Shown here piece by piece: positions 1-13,100 of a DNA stretch of 64,000 nt (within the stretch, counting starts at the first letter, position 1; the number at the start of each line of letters is the position of its first letter). This DNA comes from Carcharhinus amblyrhynchos. Taxonomy: Eukaryota. The notes beneath the pieces were generated by a model, which had not been told where the DNA came from, ran no database searches, and worked only from the letters and a program-made list of their open reading frames with translations. A program made the position numbers and the translations under genes. The DNA lies in the NCBI GenBank assembly GCA_965287045.1, contig OZ336880.1, positions 67,580,001-67,644,000 of the forward strand, given 5' to 3'.

Positions 1-1391
1 CATTTGACCAAGATCTGTGCTTTTTCCAATGTTTTGTAGACATTTTTCTTTTAGATTTAAGTTGTCCCAAGTAGTTCTCTTATCGCTTTTGGAGTATAAG
101 CTGATCTCACTGAACTTTTTATGCTTCCATTAGCAGATGCGCCCCATTTACTGTGGAGAGTCTGTGCTTCATATTGAAGTCAACTTCACCCAGATCTAAA
201 ATTTTAGAACGTGTCCAGGATAATTTTCTGCAACAACATACCCTACAACCAACAAGGTGGAATGCCAAATTAGAATTAATAATACATTAAAATTAATAAG
301 CTAGATTTATCTAAGAGCAAGCGTAATATTTTAACTGTGGCAGCTATTTATTGGGCAGATTCACAGGATCCTGCTGTTGACTTAAAGTATTAAACCAGAA
401 ATATTAACCAGATTACATTAAACAACAAAAAGATTGGAAATATTTCAACACATACACACCAAGAAGGAAATGATTCAAACTATGCCAATTAGTACTTGAT
501 TTAATTAATAATCTGGAAATAATAATCCTGGAGGTCCTGTTCTTTAATTGAGTTCCTTGTTCCTGTTACTCTCCAAACTCTACCTCTTGCACACTCTTTG
601 CAATGTTGCTCGTCCTAACATTGGTGTCAACAACTGGATCTCTTGATCTCTTTTCAATATCCATTCAAGTTACTTCCAAGGTATCCTTCACCCTTGCACA
701 AGACAGGAAGCATACTCCAGGGGGGAATTACAAACGAATAGTCTAGTTGGAAGCATGAGCAGTGCAGGCTTGGAGGGTTAAGGCTGTGCTGTATTGTTCT
801 TTGTAATTCTTGATCATGCTTAGAAAAGATGTAATCTGACCCCTTTGACTCCTGCAGCTATCACATTGAATCACTACCCCTCCCCACCTCTGGACAGTTT
901 CCTGCTTCAAAATGCCATGCTCCACATTCTGGCTGTCCTACTGACTTTACCTTAACAGCTAACAAGTATGTTTTGCCTGTTGAATAGAATAAGTTCCTAA
1001 ACTTTGTTCTATGTCTCTCCAGGCCTTTTCTTTAGTTTGCACGCAATTGGTTGGTGCTAACCTTTTTCTAAACCTGTACTGCCCTTCCTGAGGTGACTGA
1101 AGCCTGGAGCAAACTGACCAGACACTGGTCCCTAGCATTTGTGTCTGTCTCCATGTTTAACAGCTGAATATCTCACCGCAGCTTTGGTTAAGAGCCAGAG
1201 TGATTGGGAATGGAGATAGCTACTGTATTCTGGATAGTCTCACTGTCCACAACTTTAAGTTTATTTATTGGTGTCACAAGTAGTTGATGACATATTCAGA
1301 CACAACCTGCTCTGTCATATCTTAATACATATTATTTATATCTATGTTTAGTTTGTAAGTTTTCTTTTTCCGAATAATTTTCAGTAAGTAA

Positions 1392-1686
1392 GGGGGCAAC
1401 ATGGTGGCACAATGGTTAGCACTGCTGCCTCACAGCATCAGGGACCTGGGTTCAATTTCAGCCTCAGGTGACTCTGTGGAGTTTTCACATTCTTCTGTGT
1501 TTGTGTAGGTTTCCTCCCACAGTCCAAAGATGTGCAGGTTAGGTTGATTGGCCATACTAAATTGAGCCTTAATGTCAGGGAGACTAGCAGGGTGGTACAT
1601 ACATGAAGTTACGGGGATAGGGCCTGGGTGGAATATTGTCAGTGCTGACTCGACAGACCTCCTTGTGCACTTTAAGGGTTCTGTGA
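1392..1686 (+). mobile_element. tRNA-derived V-SINE (HE1-like)
   Basis: A-box-like GGTGGCACAATGG, B-box-like GGGTTCAATT, V-domain-like GGTTTCCTCCCACAGTCCAAAGATGTGCAGGTTAGG; several related copies in the window. Confidence 0.75.
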
Positions 1687-2795
1687 CTTGTGCACCAAAT
1701 TCCCAACTTTTAAACTCTGTTTAGGAGGTACGTTGACCTGTGACCCCTCTGCGTTAGCAGCTACTGTCTGCTTTTGAACACTTCTTTTGGCTTGCACCCA
1801 AATTACCACAGCTGATATAGCTTCCTACTCAGTAATTAGCATCTCCTGAGGCATACGCCTACAGCTGATTGACAGTTAACTGCCACTAGGCATTTCTGTT
1901 AAATACTGACTTGCTTGTCTCTTTAACTATTTTTAAGGTTTCAAATTGAACTCAAGCTGAAAGTAAATCTCAGTTGCACACTACTCAAAGTAGAAAGACA
2001 CCTCAAATTTCCCACGTTTGCACTCTGTGATACATTCTGCTCCATAACCATTCTACCCCAGTAGCTACTGTGACCTCAAACAGGGTATTCACGCTGCCAA
2101 ATCTACAATTCTGATCAGCTCTCAATTTAGTATTGTTCCTATTGTAAGTCTATGATTGGTTATCATAAGTTTGGAGACTGTTGCTCCGTTCTGGATTTAA
2201 TTTTTTTCAAATGGCCATGCCTTGAATTTGGTTCTGATTTTGTTTTAGTAATGCCAGTTTTTTTTGAGTCATCCACTTTCAAAATTTCTATTCACTTCCA
2301 ACTGGCTTGTTTGTAACTGACCTGTGGCATTCTGAGATTTAATTTTGAATGCTAATTGTACTGAGGTAAATTAATCAACTTTGACTAATACTGACAAAAT
2401 TTCATGAATTTAAGTGAACGACATTGGCAATATATAGCTCATATACGTGTGACTAAATATTTTTACTTCCATGTACCAAGTTTATTGACCACACCTAGTT
2501 TCCTTGTGGAAGGTGGTAGTGATCCTTCCTCTTGGATCCATTACAATCTATGTTCTATATTCCAACAGAGCTGAAGGATAGAGTGTTTCAAGATTTTGAC
2601 CCAGCAACGATCAAGGACGAGTGATTATACGCCTACATTGGGATGGTGCTTAACTTTGAAGGGAACCACGGGGTGATTGTATTTCCAAGAACTTTCTGGT
2701 TGGTGGAGGTCATGGGTTTCAGAGATGCTGTTGAAGAAACCTTGGTAATTGGTGCAGTGCTGCCTGTTGGTATTGCACACTGTAGCTCATGGTAC

Positions 2796-3247
2796 ATAAG
2801 AACATAAGAAATAGGAGCAGGAGTAGGCCATCTAGCCCTTCGAGCCTGCCCCGCCATTCAATAAGATCATGGCTGATCTGTCGTGTCTCAGTTCCACATT
2901 CCTGCCCTCTCCCCATAACCCTTAATCCCCTCGCTTATCAAAAACCCACAACCCGCGTCTTAAAAATATTTAGCGAGGCAGCCTCCACCACTTCAACGGG
3001 CAGAGAATTCCAGAGATTCATCACCCTTTGAATGAAGAAGTTCCTCCTCAACTCCGTTCTAAACCGCCGCCCCTTTATCTTGAGGCTGTGCCCCCTAGTC
3101 CTACTGTCCTTTCTGAGCGGGAAGAGTCTCTCCACCTCTATCCTATCCATCCCATTCATCGTCTTATATGTCTCAATGAGATCTCCCCTCATTCTTCTAA
3201 ACTCTAATGAGTACGAGCCTAGTTTATTCAGCCTCTCCTCATGTTTA
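2796..3247 (-). mobile_element. Relatively young CR1-type LINE 3' fragment, nested in an older LINE remnant (about 2460-3420)
   Basis: ORF 2938-3192 encodes the CR1 ORF2 C-terminus (RGDLIETYK...TRGHSLKI...RRNFF...VMNLWNSLP); 3' tail repeat CATAAGAACATAAGAA. Confidence 0.85.
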
Positions 3248-4184
3248 AGCTAGTGGATGGGCTGCTGATCGAGTGAAGTGCTTTGTCCTTAGATGGTGTC
3301 AAACTTCATGAGTGTTTCAGCTGCACCCATCCAGATAAGTGGAGACCATTCCACTAACTTGTGCATTTTAGGCGGTGGAGTGGTTTTGGGGATGAACTAA
3401 GCCACCTGCTGCACAATACCCAACTTCTTCCCTGCAGGAAGAGCTGGCCAAATAGGTCGCAAGTTCCACGTTCAAACCACCCTAGGTAAAGAAATTTCTC
3501 CTGAATTCCATTTCTGATTTGTTTATTGTTGTTTTCTCTAGTTTTGAAGTCTGTCACAAATTGGAGTGTCTTTCATATTCCTATACTATCACATTTTTCA
3601 TACTTTTAGAAACTCCTCGGTCATCCATCGGCCTTTTATTTGCGAGACAAAAAAAAGCTGTAATCTGTCCAGTCGTTGCTGATGGTTGTAAAATCTGTTT
3701 TGATATCATCCTTGTAAAGCACTTGCATCTTCTGGATACTTGTAGATTCTGTTTGTAATCTGGAAACATCAATTGTGTACAGGATTCTTGTATGCGCTAA
3801 TTTTCAATGTATGTTTAAAGTAACCTCTCTGCTTTTCAATTCTATTCCTTTTGTTATGAACCCCATGACCTTCTTTTCATTTTTATGGTATTATTCTATA
3901 TTGCTACTGTTAATGATTTGTGAATTTCTATACCTGGATCCCTTTGCTCCTCTATCCCCATTGAGACTTTTACTTCCCAAAGAATATGTGGCCATCTGAT
4001 TCTTCCAGTCCTAAGTGCACCACCTCCCACTTGTCTATATTGAAATTCATTTGTTATTGTGCACATTTATAAAGTGTATAATGGGCAAGAAGATGTTTTT
4101 AGATTTGCTCTTGTTGGAGATGGTCATTGCTTGGCATTCATATGCAGGAATGTGATTAGACTAACACTGGATGTTATTGAAGTC

Positions 4185-4570
4185 AGAGTCATAGAAGTTT
4201 ACAGCATGGAAACAGGCCCTTGTCCATGCTGCCCTTTGTTTTTAAACCCTTAAGCTAGTCCCAATTGCCTGCCTTTGGCCCATATTCCTCAATACCCATG
4301 TTACCCATGTAACTATCTAAATGCTTTTTTAAAAGACAAAATTGTACCCGCCTCTACCACCACCTTTGGCAGCTTGATCCAGATACTCACCACCCTCCTG
4401 TGTGGGGAAAAAAAATTGTCCCTCTGGGCACTTTTGTATCTCTCTCCTCTCACCTTAAACCGATGCCCTCGAGTTTTAGACTCCCCTACCTTTGGGAAAA
4501 GATATTGACGATCTAGCTGATCTATGCCCCTCATTATTTTATCGACCTCTGTAAGATCACCTATGGATCC
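4185..4570 (-). mobile_element. CR1-type LINE 3' fragment
   Basis: ORF 4313-4534 MRGIDQLDRQYLFPKVGESKTRGHRFKV; same subfamily as 34430-36770. Confidence 0.8.
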
Positions 4571-4838
4571 CTATAAGATTTTGCTGTATGTAGTTGTGGA
4601 CTGCTTCATCATCTGAGAAATTGTGAATGGAGCTGACCAGTATTCAGTCATCAGCCAACAGCCCCATTTCTGATCTGGTGGAGATTAAGAAGCCACTAAA
4701 GATAGTTGCATCTCACTTGCAGCCCCGAAGAGCTCTTAAAATAAGATCTTGGATGAATTAATTTCACAGCCAAATTCCTTTGTGCCAGGTATAACCAACA
4801 ATTGGTGTGTTTCACCTGCATCCATTGGCAAGAACACA

Positions 4839-5058
4839 GACTTCTTTGACACTATGATACTGTCAAAGAAGTCACTATGATACTGTCAAAGAAGTCACTA
4901 TGATACTGTCAAAGAAGTCACTATGATACTGTCAAAGAAGTCACTATGATACTGTCAAAGAAGTCACTATGATACTGTCAAAGAAGTCACTATGATACTG
5001 TCAAAGAAGTCACTATGATACTGTCAAAGAAGTCACTATGATACTGACTTCTTTGACA
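4839..5058. repeat. Perfect 23-bp minisatellite (CACTATGATACTGTCAAAGAAGT x8 plus partial) bounded by 13-bp direct repeats
   Basis: Identical units run from 4850 to 5033, with a partial unit to 5046; GACTTCTTTGACA occurs at 4839-4851 and 5046-5058. Confidence 0.97.
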
Positions 5059-8000
5059 TTTAGATGCAGGCAGTTCACATGAGCCACACAATTGTTATCT
5101 ATCAGACCAACTGTTCCATCTTGCAATGTCATACTTTGAGAACTGGCTTCAGCTTTCTGCCTAAAGAGTATAAAGAATACTTCCTTTATGTAGTATCTAT
5201 TAATTATAAGTGAAGTTAATATTTGACATTATTGCCATTTCCCAATACTTGCAATGCTTGTGCACATCATTATAATTCATGGTAAACCTCATAGGCAGTT
5301 CCAAATTCTCCAGTGAATTTGCCTTTTTACAAAGAGGACATTGGATCACCCTGTGAGGTTCCGTTGGCTGCAAAAATGCTGCTAGTAAGCAGCAGTTGTT
5401 AAATTTTTGGACCATAAACATTTCGTTTCTCAGTTGTCATCCACACATTTGATCGTGAGTTTTTCCTCTATGTCTCGTCTTTAGTTCAACAATGGACTAC
5501 ACTAATAGGGGAGGGCTGCTACAGCTGGCCTGATTATAAATTTGATTTGTATATTATTTAGTGAAGAGCAAATATAAATATTAATAATCCATTTAAATTG
5601 GAAATCTGAATTAATTCAAATTCAGCAGTGAATTTTCAGATGGGACATAGCTTTTGTACAATTCAGATTTCTGTTAGTGGGTAATTCAAATAAGCAGTTG
5701 TGAAGTACTTTATATTACTGTAGTAGACCACATACTATGAAAGTCTTACACTCCTCCAGTGTTCTATGAACACACCACTGGAATCCATTTTATCAATAAA
5801 AATGTTGGGGCTTTAAGAGTAGTACTTTCTGATTTGGTAATTATACTTCACTGCAGTTTCACAATTATTTTCCAAAGCAATTCTGTTAGCTATTTTGGCT
5901 TATGTAGCTTGTCATGAACCAGCATCAACTGGCATTTATTCCAGATAGGTTTTTGACACAGTAATTTATTCTGTGTATGTATTTTACGATATAATAAGTA
6001 GTACCCAAGAGTAATTTGCAAATCTAACCCAGTTACAAAAAAAAAGACCAAAATCTATCTTAAAACTTTCCACAGTAATTATGACTTCTGCTCTGGATCT
6101 ATTACCATTCCTGGTCATGGAGCAGGGAAAGAAACCCTTGTCAAGTTTGGAAAGTTGAGAGAGGTGGTGGGAACAAAGAGTTTAATAATACGTTTATTGG
6201 GGAAAACATTGCTTTACTGGGTAATTTACTATTTTGCAGCATTATAGTGTATAATATCTTGGTCTTTATTAAAAACAGTTGTCAAACCGATTTATCTTCC
6301 AGCCTTATCTGAAATGTATTAGTTGGTTTTAACATAGGAAATCAAACTATAATGTATCGTTATCATTTATTGATGTGCTAAAATTAACAGTTGGATAAGT
6401 GTTTGATACACTGTATCATGAGATTGAAACATACACTGTTTCACCCCAGTTCCTTATTTTTGGCACTCTTTCCTCTGAATCCAATACTTTCAATTACTTT
6501 TAACCATTTCAAGTGATATTAGTTGATGTGCAATTTGCAAATTGGTGGTTTTGATCAGGAGATGCCAGGAACCTTTCAAACCTTCAAGGCAAGAATATTC
6601 CTTTTTTTTTCAGTTTTTGTGATTTTTTTAGTTTTATTTCCAATCTGTCTTTTTTCCTAAACAACCATATGCTGTTTTGGGTGGCCTTTTATAAGATTCC
6701 TTCATCTTGCACCTCCTGACCTATACATCCACCGAAATCTGGCTGCCACTTAAACCAGTGGGATCTTATGATCCTAACAATGGTGCACCCCCACCGCAGG
6801 TCTCCCACTGGCAAGGCGTGTGTTAAACTAGAAACTCTGTTGAAAGCAACGAGACTATAAGATCGTGCCGCCAGCAAGCAGCAACAGGAGATAGCATGCT
6901 GCAAAACAAAGGGGTAGGATTCTGTATGGATGATGTAACTAAGATCAATAGCACGGGGGGAAAATATTGCCTTGAGGGACAAAAATTACGACATATGCAG
7001 TTAAAATATAAATTAACAACTGAACGTAATAAAACTGAGGATCTCATCTGTTTTCTCACCACCCATAATAGAATTTAAGATTTCAGCTGGAAAAATGAAG
7101 TGCTCCACAGTGTCACCTTGTGAACAGAGCCTTCAACTGCAGCTCCAAAGCAGATCTTCAAATATTCTACATTTGCAAACTGGCAGATTAATAGGTACCT
7201 CATATCAAATCTTGAGAATCAGGTATTATCAGATAAAACATAGGCATAAACATAATTAACATTGAAGGCACAATCTTTTTTGGCAGAAGGACTTACAAAG
7301 ACTTTGATTGGAAAGATGACAATGAACAATTCTAATGATTGAAGTATTAGTATGAAGCGAGAGTAGTGCTCCTACTTAAATTGTGGTTACAAAGGTTTTA
7401 AACATCACTCATGCCATGAAGGCAGCTCCTTTGCTGATGCTTCATACTCGCCCGTTTTCCTTGGTAATATTTGTTCGTGATGGTTTGCCATTGTTTTCCA
7501 CTCTTGATTAGAGCAAAGAGGCAGGTCCTAAATCTATCTCAGCCGCAACGGGAATTATAACCACTCTCTAGCCAACTGCGCTGACCTATGCCTTTTCCAA
7601 TGTTTGTATAATGGTCTGGTGAAAAATAGGCCTCTGTGTGCTTTAGTGGAGAGCTTTTTGCATTTAAACAATAACGGTAGAGCCATGCAACAAATTAGCT
7701 GATAATTGGTAGTTTGCATTTTTTTTTACAGTTGTTTGTAACTTAGTGAAGGTTACCATGTGTAAACTGGAGGTAACCTTTGACAGTTATTGTTTCGAAA
7801 CAAATGTTTGCCTAATATTTTATTATTGCTAACTTCAAAAGAATTAGCGTAGAACTTAACCACTTCTGACCTGTCCCGTACAATTCTATGCCTTTACTTG
7901 TCAGGCAATTTCTATGCTTTTTAAACTGTTGAATGTCAAGATGCATATGACAATGACTTTTTGAATACTACCGGCCCATCATTGTCCCTATTATGAAAAA

Positions 8001-8618
8001 TGCCAGATGAACAAGGAGTGAAGGGGTTGTGTATAAATGTTATCCTAAGAACGGTATAAAGTATAATGTTCAATTCCAGTACAAATTGAGGATTTTGAAG
8101 AATGGTTTCATTTGGAGAGGTGGCTCGTACATCTTCCAGGCTATCATAAGTTTGATTCATGAATTTCATCTACATAATGTAATGTTTTGAGAATCCACAC
8201 ATATGCTTAACCTTTCTTTTAAGGACGCAAGGAAAAACATATCAGCTGTTCCCAGATGGAAAATCTTTTGAAGTTAAAAATTTATTGCACACTGAAGTGC
8301 AAATCAGACTCCATCCATCCTCTCTTTATTATTGACTTGCTTATTGTTCCTTGTTCCTATTCAGGGATTCATTGATTTTAAGTTGAAGCATCGTTTTGAT
8401 CTCAATGAGCAAATACTGTGGTACGTCAGCGTATGTAGGCTTCATTTAACTGCATGTGTGGGCATTGAAAAGAGACGCTGATTCTGGAAGGAACATTGTG
8501 GGTGGCTTTGATTGCATTGGAAAGTCTGAAGGGATCCAAGTTTAATATTTTCTATTGAACATTCTGAGGTGATAAGATACTTTTTGAATTGTTGCTTTTA
8601 ATATTTTTCTTTTTGCAG

Positions 8619-8817
8619 GTGTTTGGGAATGATTTACCTCATCAGTGGAAGGAGTATTCAGACCAGGACTCCACACTGGTGATAAGGACATGGGACTCCT
8701 CTTGTCAGCTTCCAGCAGGTTCAGTACAGTTGACATCCTAATCAGCAGCACTAAGGAGGAACCTTGGTTTGGTTTATTACCTCATTGCCACAGAGACATC
8801 ACTGTCAAGAGCTGAAG
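8619..8817 (+). other. R3HDM1: Probable non-coding 5'UTR exon of R3HDM1 (199 nt)
   Basis: Strong acceptor TTTTTCTTTTTGCAG|G at 8618/8619 and donor AAG|GTAAAT at 8817/8818; non-repetitive and more GC-rich than its flanks; lies upstream of the start-codon exon. Inferred from splice signals only. Confidence 0.6.
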
Positions 8818-9939
8818 GTAAATCCAGAGCCTCAACTGTGATTCAAAATATAAATTATTGTATTAATGCAGAACCCCAAAGACCTGAATTCCTAAAAGTG
8901 AATTTTAAAGTATTAGGATAAATCAAAAGTTAAGACGATTACTAAAATAGCAACTAAATACCATTTGAATGGATTATAATGCTCGCTACATTGTCTGTTT
9001 TGTATGTTGGGATTGAAGAAAGACAACTGGGCCTAACATGCTCATTCCTGTCCTTGGCCGGTTTTGCCTTCATAATCTGACACCTTCTGACACCACCTGC
9101 AAAAAGTAAAAAAGCAGACCCGTTGCCAGTTCGAGTCCTGTATCAAAAATTTCTCTGAGCCCTTGTGGGATCCAGTAGGAATCAGACTCAGTCATTAATA
9201 TATAGTATGCTTTACTGTTACATTGAATATGCTGTAATCACCACTTTTTCCACAAGTTCATCTGTTACTTTAAAAGAATCAGTCGGTGGAATCCTGTTGC
9301 ACACTTTAATCGTTTCTTAGGTATAGGAAAAGTGTGTTTAATTAACATAACTCCAATCTCCTTAATTCATGTTGGTCATTCTGTGTTCTGCCTTTCCCAT
9401 CACCTTGCATATTCTTGTGTTTTTTTTGTTATCTTTGCCTTGAGGAGATCTAATTCAGTTATTTTGAGTCTCAATGTCTCTAACACATACAAACTCAAGA
9501 CATCAAAGCTGACTCCATTTTTAGTACTCAAGTCAGGGATCATCTCTGGCCTGTTTTCCACCTTGCTGAGGGGAAAACTAAAACTGACACAATCTTGAAT
9601 GGGGTCTCATTAAAGCTGTATATAACCTCTTATGCACAGTCCTACTTTTGTGATGGGTGCTCTGTGCAATAAACCCAAGACTTTGTCTTGTTTCTGGTAT
9701 TGCAGTGCACATTTGACTGAGTAGTGTATTTTTATTCCCACGTTTTTTTTCCACGTTTGGTTTCAACTATTTCCAATATTTCATGCTATTTTTAAGTGGG
9801 TCTCAGTTGAGTACCACTTATGTCTGGCTCAAAACAAATGATGCAATAATTTGTGTGCTGATATGTTATGCTATGGAGTGGTGGTGTACATGTTCACCCA
9901 CATGATAGCTCATATGATAATTTCCAGATTTAAGCTATT

Positions 9940-10170
9940 GTCTCTCTGTTCAGGTGGACATAAAAGATCGCATTGCACTATTGAAAGAGCAGGGAATTCT
10001 CCTGGTATCCTGGCCAACGTTTCTCCCTCCTCAAACATCACCAAAAACAGATTAACCGGCCATTCATCATACTTGCTGATTTGTGCACAGCAACATCCCA
10101 CAATGTGGATGTCACATTTGCTCTTTAGAAGTCCTGAGGGCATGGTAAGATGGAATCAACCGGTGTAGAT
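9940..10170 (+). mobile_element. DeuSINE-like element (SacSINE1/AmnSINE1-type Deu domain)
   Basis: CAGGTGGACATAAAAGATC...GCACTATTGAAAGAGCAGGG...TCCTGGCCAA...CATCACCAAAAACAGATT resembles the remembered Deu-domain consensus. Confidence 0.6.
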
Positions 10171-13100
10171 CTTGTGTGTCACAAAGTGGTCATCTATGAT
10201 GATCATGGAAATAATGCGAGGGACGAAAAGGGCACCGTGGAAGGAAAATCAAATTAAAGAGAGAGGGAAATGAGCTATAACAAAGTTAGTATTACAGTAG
10301 CAAATCATTCTATCAAGTCAACAGACTTCTGCATTTTATTCTTTTTCTCCATGTGCAAATATAGCCATAATGAATATTTGTTTCTCCTGTGGTAATTGGC
10401 ATTTTAATTCTGTTGACTTCAAACTAGAATGTTAACCAATATATTTTGAGCTTTTAGAAAAAAGTTGTATGTATAGCATTGAATTAGTTCCTTGTTAGTG
10501 TTTGTGGTAGTGTAACAGCTTGAGCACCTTGTAAATTCAATTATAGATGTATGGCAAATTTAATTCGCAATTATGTATAGGGAAGAATAGGCCATTCAGT
10601 CCCAATTGGCTGTTCGACTATTTGGTTAGATGATCTGTATCTTAACTTATTTCTCTGTCTTTGTTTGATATCTCTTCTACCCTTGCCCTACAAATACCTA
10701 TCAAGTCTTAGACTTGAAAGTTTTAATTGACTAGCACCCACAGCCTTTGTAAGATTTGTAAATTTTCTCTATTCTCTGGGAGAAACATGCTTCCTGATGT
10801 CAGTCTTAAATAAATTAGCTCTAATTTTAAGATTATCATCCTTGTTCTAGATTTTCCAGCAAAGGAAATAGTTCACTTGCACCTGCCCTAGCAAATTTCA
10901 TTACCATTTTAGATTAGATCATCCTTCACTTCTGAAGTTTATGCAAGCAATTTCTGAAATTTGATCATTTAAGGCCTCGTATCTTTCTGGTGAATCAGCT
11001 GTACCCTCGCTAAGGCCAGTGTATCTTTCCTACAGTTTGGAGCTCAAAAGTGAAGGCATCACCACCACCAGTTTAGGCCTATTAAAGTTCTGCCTAACAG
11101 AAGCATCAATTCTTCATTTTTGTATTCCGACCCCTTTGAGATGATGGCTCCTTCAGCAGCGGTCTCTACCACTCAGAAGAACAAAAGGAGCAAGCACATG
11201 GAAATACCTCCATCTGCAAGTTCCTGTCCAAACCGATCATCATCTTCACTTGGAAATATATCGTTGCTTCATTGCCGCTTAGTCAAAATTCTGCAACTTC
11301 CTCCCTCAGTACTGTGGGTAAACCTGCCCCACATGAACTGCAGCTTTTAGGAAGGTGGCTCACCACCTACTTATCAAGGATAGTTAGGGATGGACAATAA
11401 ATGCTGGCCTTGCCAGTGACAGCCACATGTCATAAATGAATAAAGGAAAATCCATTAATCTCATACCCCAGTTTTTAGCGTACACAAATTACTATCACCT
11501 AAATGCTTTTGCTTTTAAATCAGTACTTGTTCTTGCCCCCCCCACCCCCATTGAGAAAATACCACCATCTTCTCCAGATTAAAATCTGTGCTGTAATTTT
11601 GCTTGCTCATTCACTCTTTTTTTTGCCCTTTGTAGTTTTCAGCATGCATCTATGCAACATTATGTTGTTTAAATCATCTACATACTTGGATACACAATTT
11701 TTTTTCCCCATCTGGATCATGAATATATATGGTGAAAAGCTGACAGCCCAGTGAAGATACTCTGGAGAACACCACTTGTCGATTTCACCCACTAACAGAA
11801 TATTCCCTTTGTTTCTCATATCACCCATAATTACATACCAATGTCACAGGGTTAACGACTCCATGCATTTTTTAAAATTTATAATCTCTTCAACAAAACC
11901 TTATCAAATGCCTTCTGGAACTTTATATGTTTGACATCTATAGCCACTCCCCGATTCAGATGCTCACGACGTCAAGAAAATTATCTGGATCGGTCAGACA
12001 TGACCATTCACAACCATGCTGATAGTCTTTGGTTTATACTTCTGTAATTGTTTAGTTTGTATAACTTACGAAGGGTTCCCGGGCATATTGTCCTGTTCCT
12101 CTATTAGCTATCTCTTTAATTCCTCCAAAAAGTTATAACTAGAAATGCCATCTCTCAAACAATACTTTTCACAGCACAAATAGCAGCAGTTACAGGACAG
12201 TTTGCAAAATTCCCTGCTTCTTTTCGCTCCTTCACGCAGAAAGAATTGTTGAGCATGTAGAAGCAGGTAACAATAAATGTGCATAACGCTAAATGATTTA
12301 ACTGTCAATGACTACATGGCAAATCATTTACCATGCTGTGAATTTTTCTGATAAATGTAAAACATTTACCATATTTGGATATCTGTCTGAGAAGTGGGAT
12401 TGATGACACTTATCAGATCTTTCACATCCTCAGGACATCTCAAAACTCTTCATGGCCATTTAAGAATTTTTGCTGCAGTACTTTTGTACGCAGGAACAGA
12501 AACAGCTTTGCTCCTTTTTCAAAGAGAAAGATAATAACTTAATATTCTTTAGAATTGAGGATCAAGATGTTTAAGAACAATTATCCATAGTCAGGATAGA
12601 ACCCCTCTCTTTAACACCCCTGCACCTTCAGTTCCCCATGTTGGGTTTTGTTTGACTAACTTCTGTCTGACTAAAGATCTGCAGGGGCAGTACAAGGACA
12701 GTTAACACCACTTGTGTGTGAGCATGTGCATTCTTTGGTTGTCAGCTCTAAGCTAGATTGTGGTTTCTTTCCGTTCTGTAGATCGTGTTTCAGCTTGGGC
12801 TCTGGAGAACATTATTGCTAGCATAGTTGAGTTTCTCTTGGGTCATGGCTGATGTTGCAAATGGGTATGCTAGGAAATTGAGAATTAACAGAACCAACTA
12901 GTTTATTAGTTGCTGGTGTGTATTAATACTTGGCTCTTTGCATGCGAATACTGGAGTATTGTGCTAGCCTCCCCAAGGTCCATGAGTTCAATAACTGAAT
13001 ACTCAACATCGATGTTTCTGTGGGGAGCAAAAGTTTCTGTGTTGAAACTTTTCTTTCTCATGCCATTTGTATGATACAGCAGTGAATTTCTTTCTTGCTA

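Noticed and set aside
1392-1470. tRNA genes at SINE heads (also 23750 and 33788)
   Set aside because: A/B-box-like motifs are present but there is no intact cloverleaf, and the sequence continues into SINE core and tail.
4850-5046. CRISPR-like array
   Set aside because: The units are identical and head-to-tail with no unique spacers, there are no cas genes, and the context is a vertebrate intron.
7749-7782. Inverted repeat AAGGTTACC...GGTAACCTT
   Set aside because: A 9-bp stem is within chance expectation for 64 kb of AT-rich DNA.
1-8600. Promoter or first exon of R3HDM1
   Set aside because: No CpG island or convincing first-exon signal; the region is repeat-rich and looks intronic, so the start probably lies upstream of the window.
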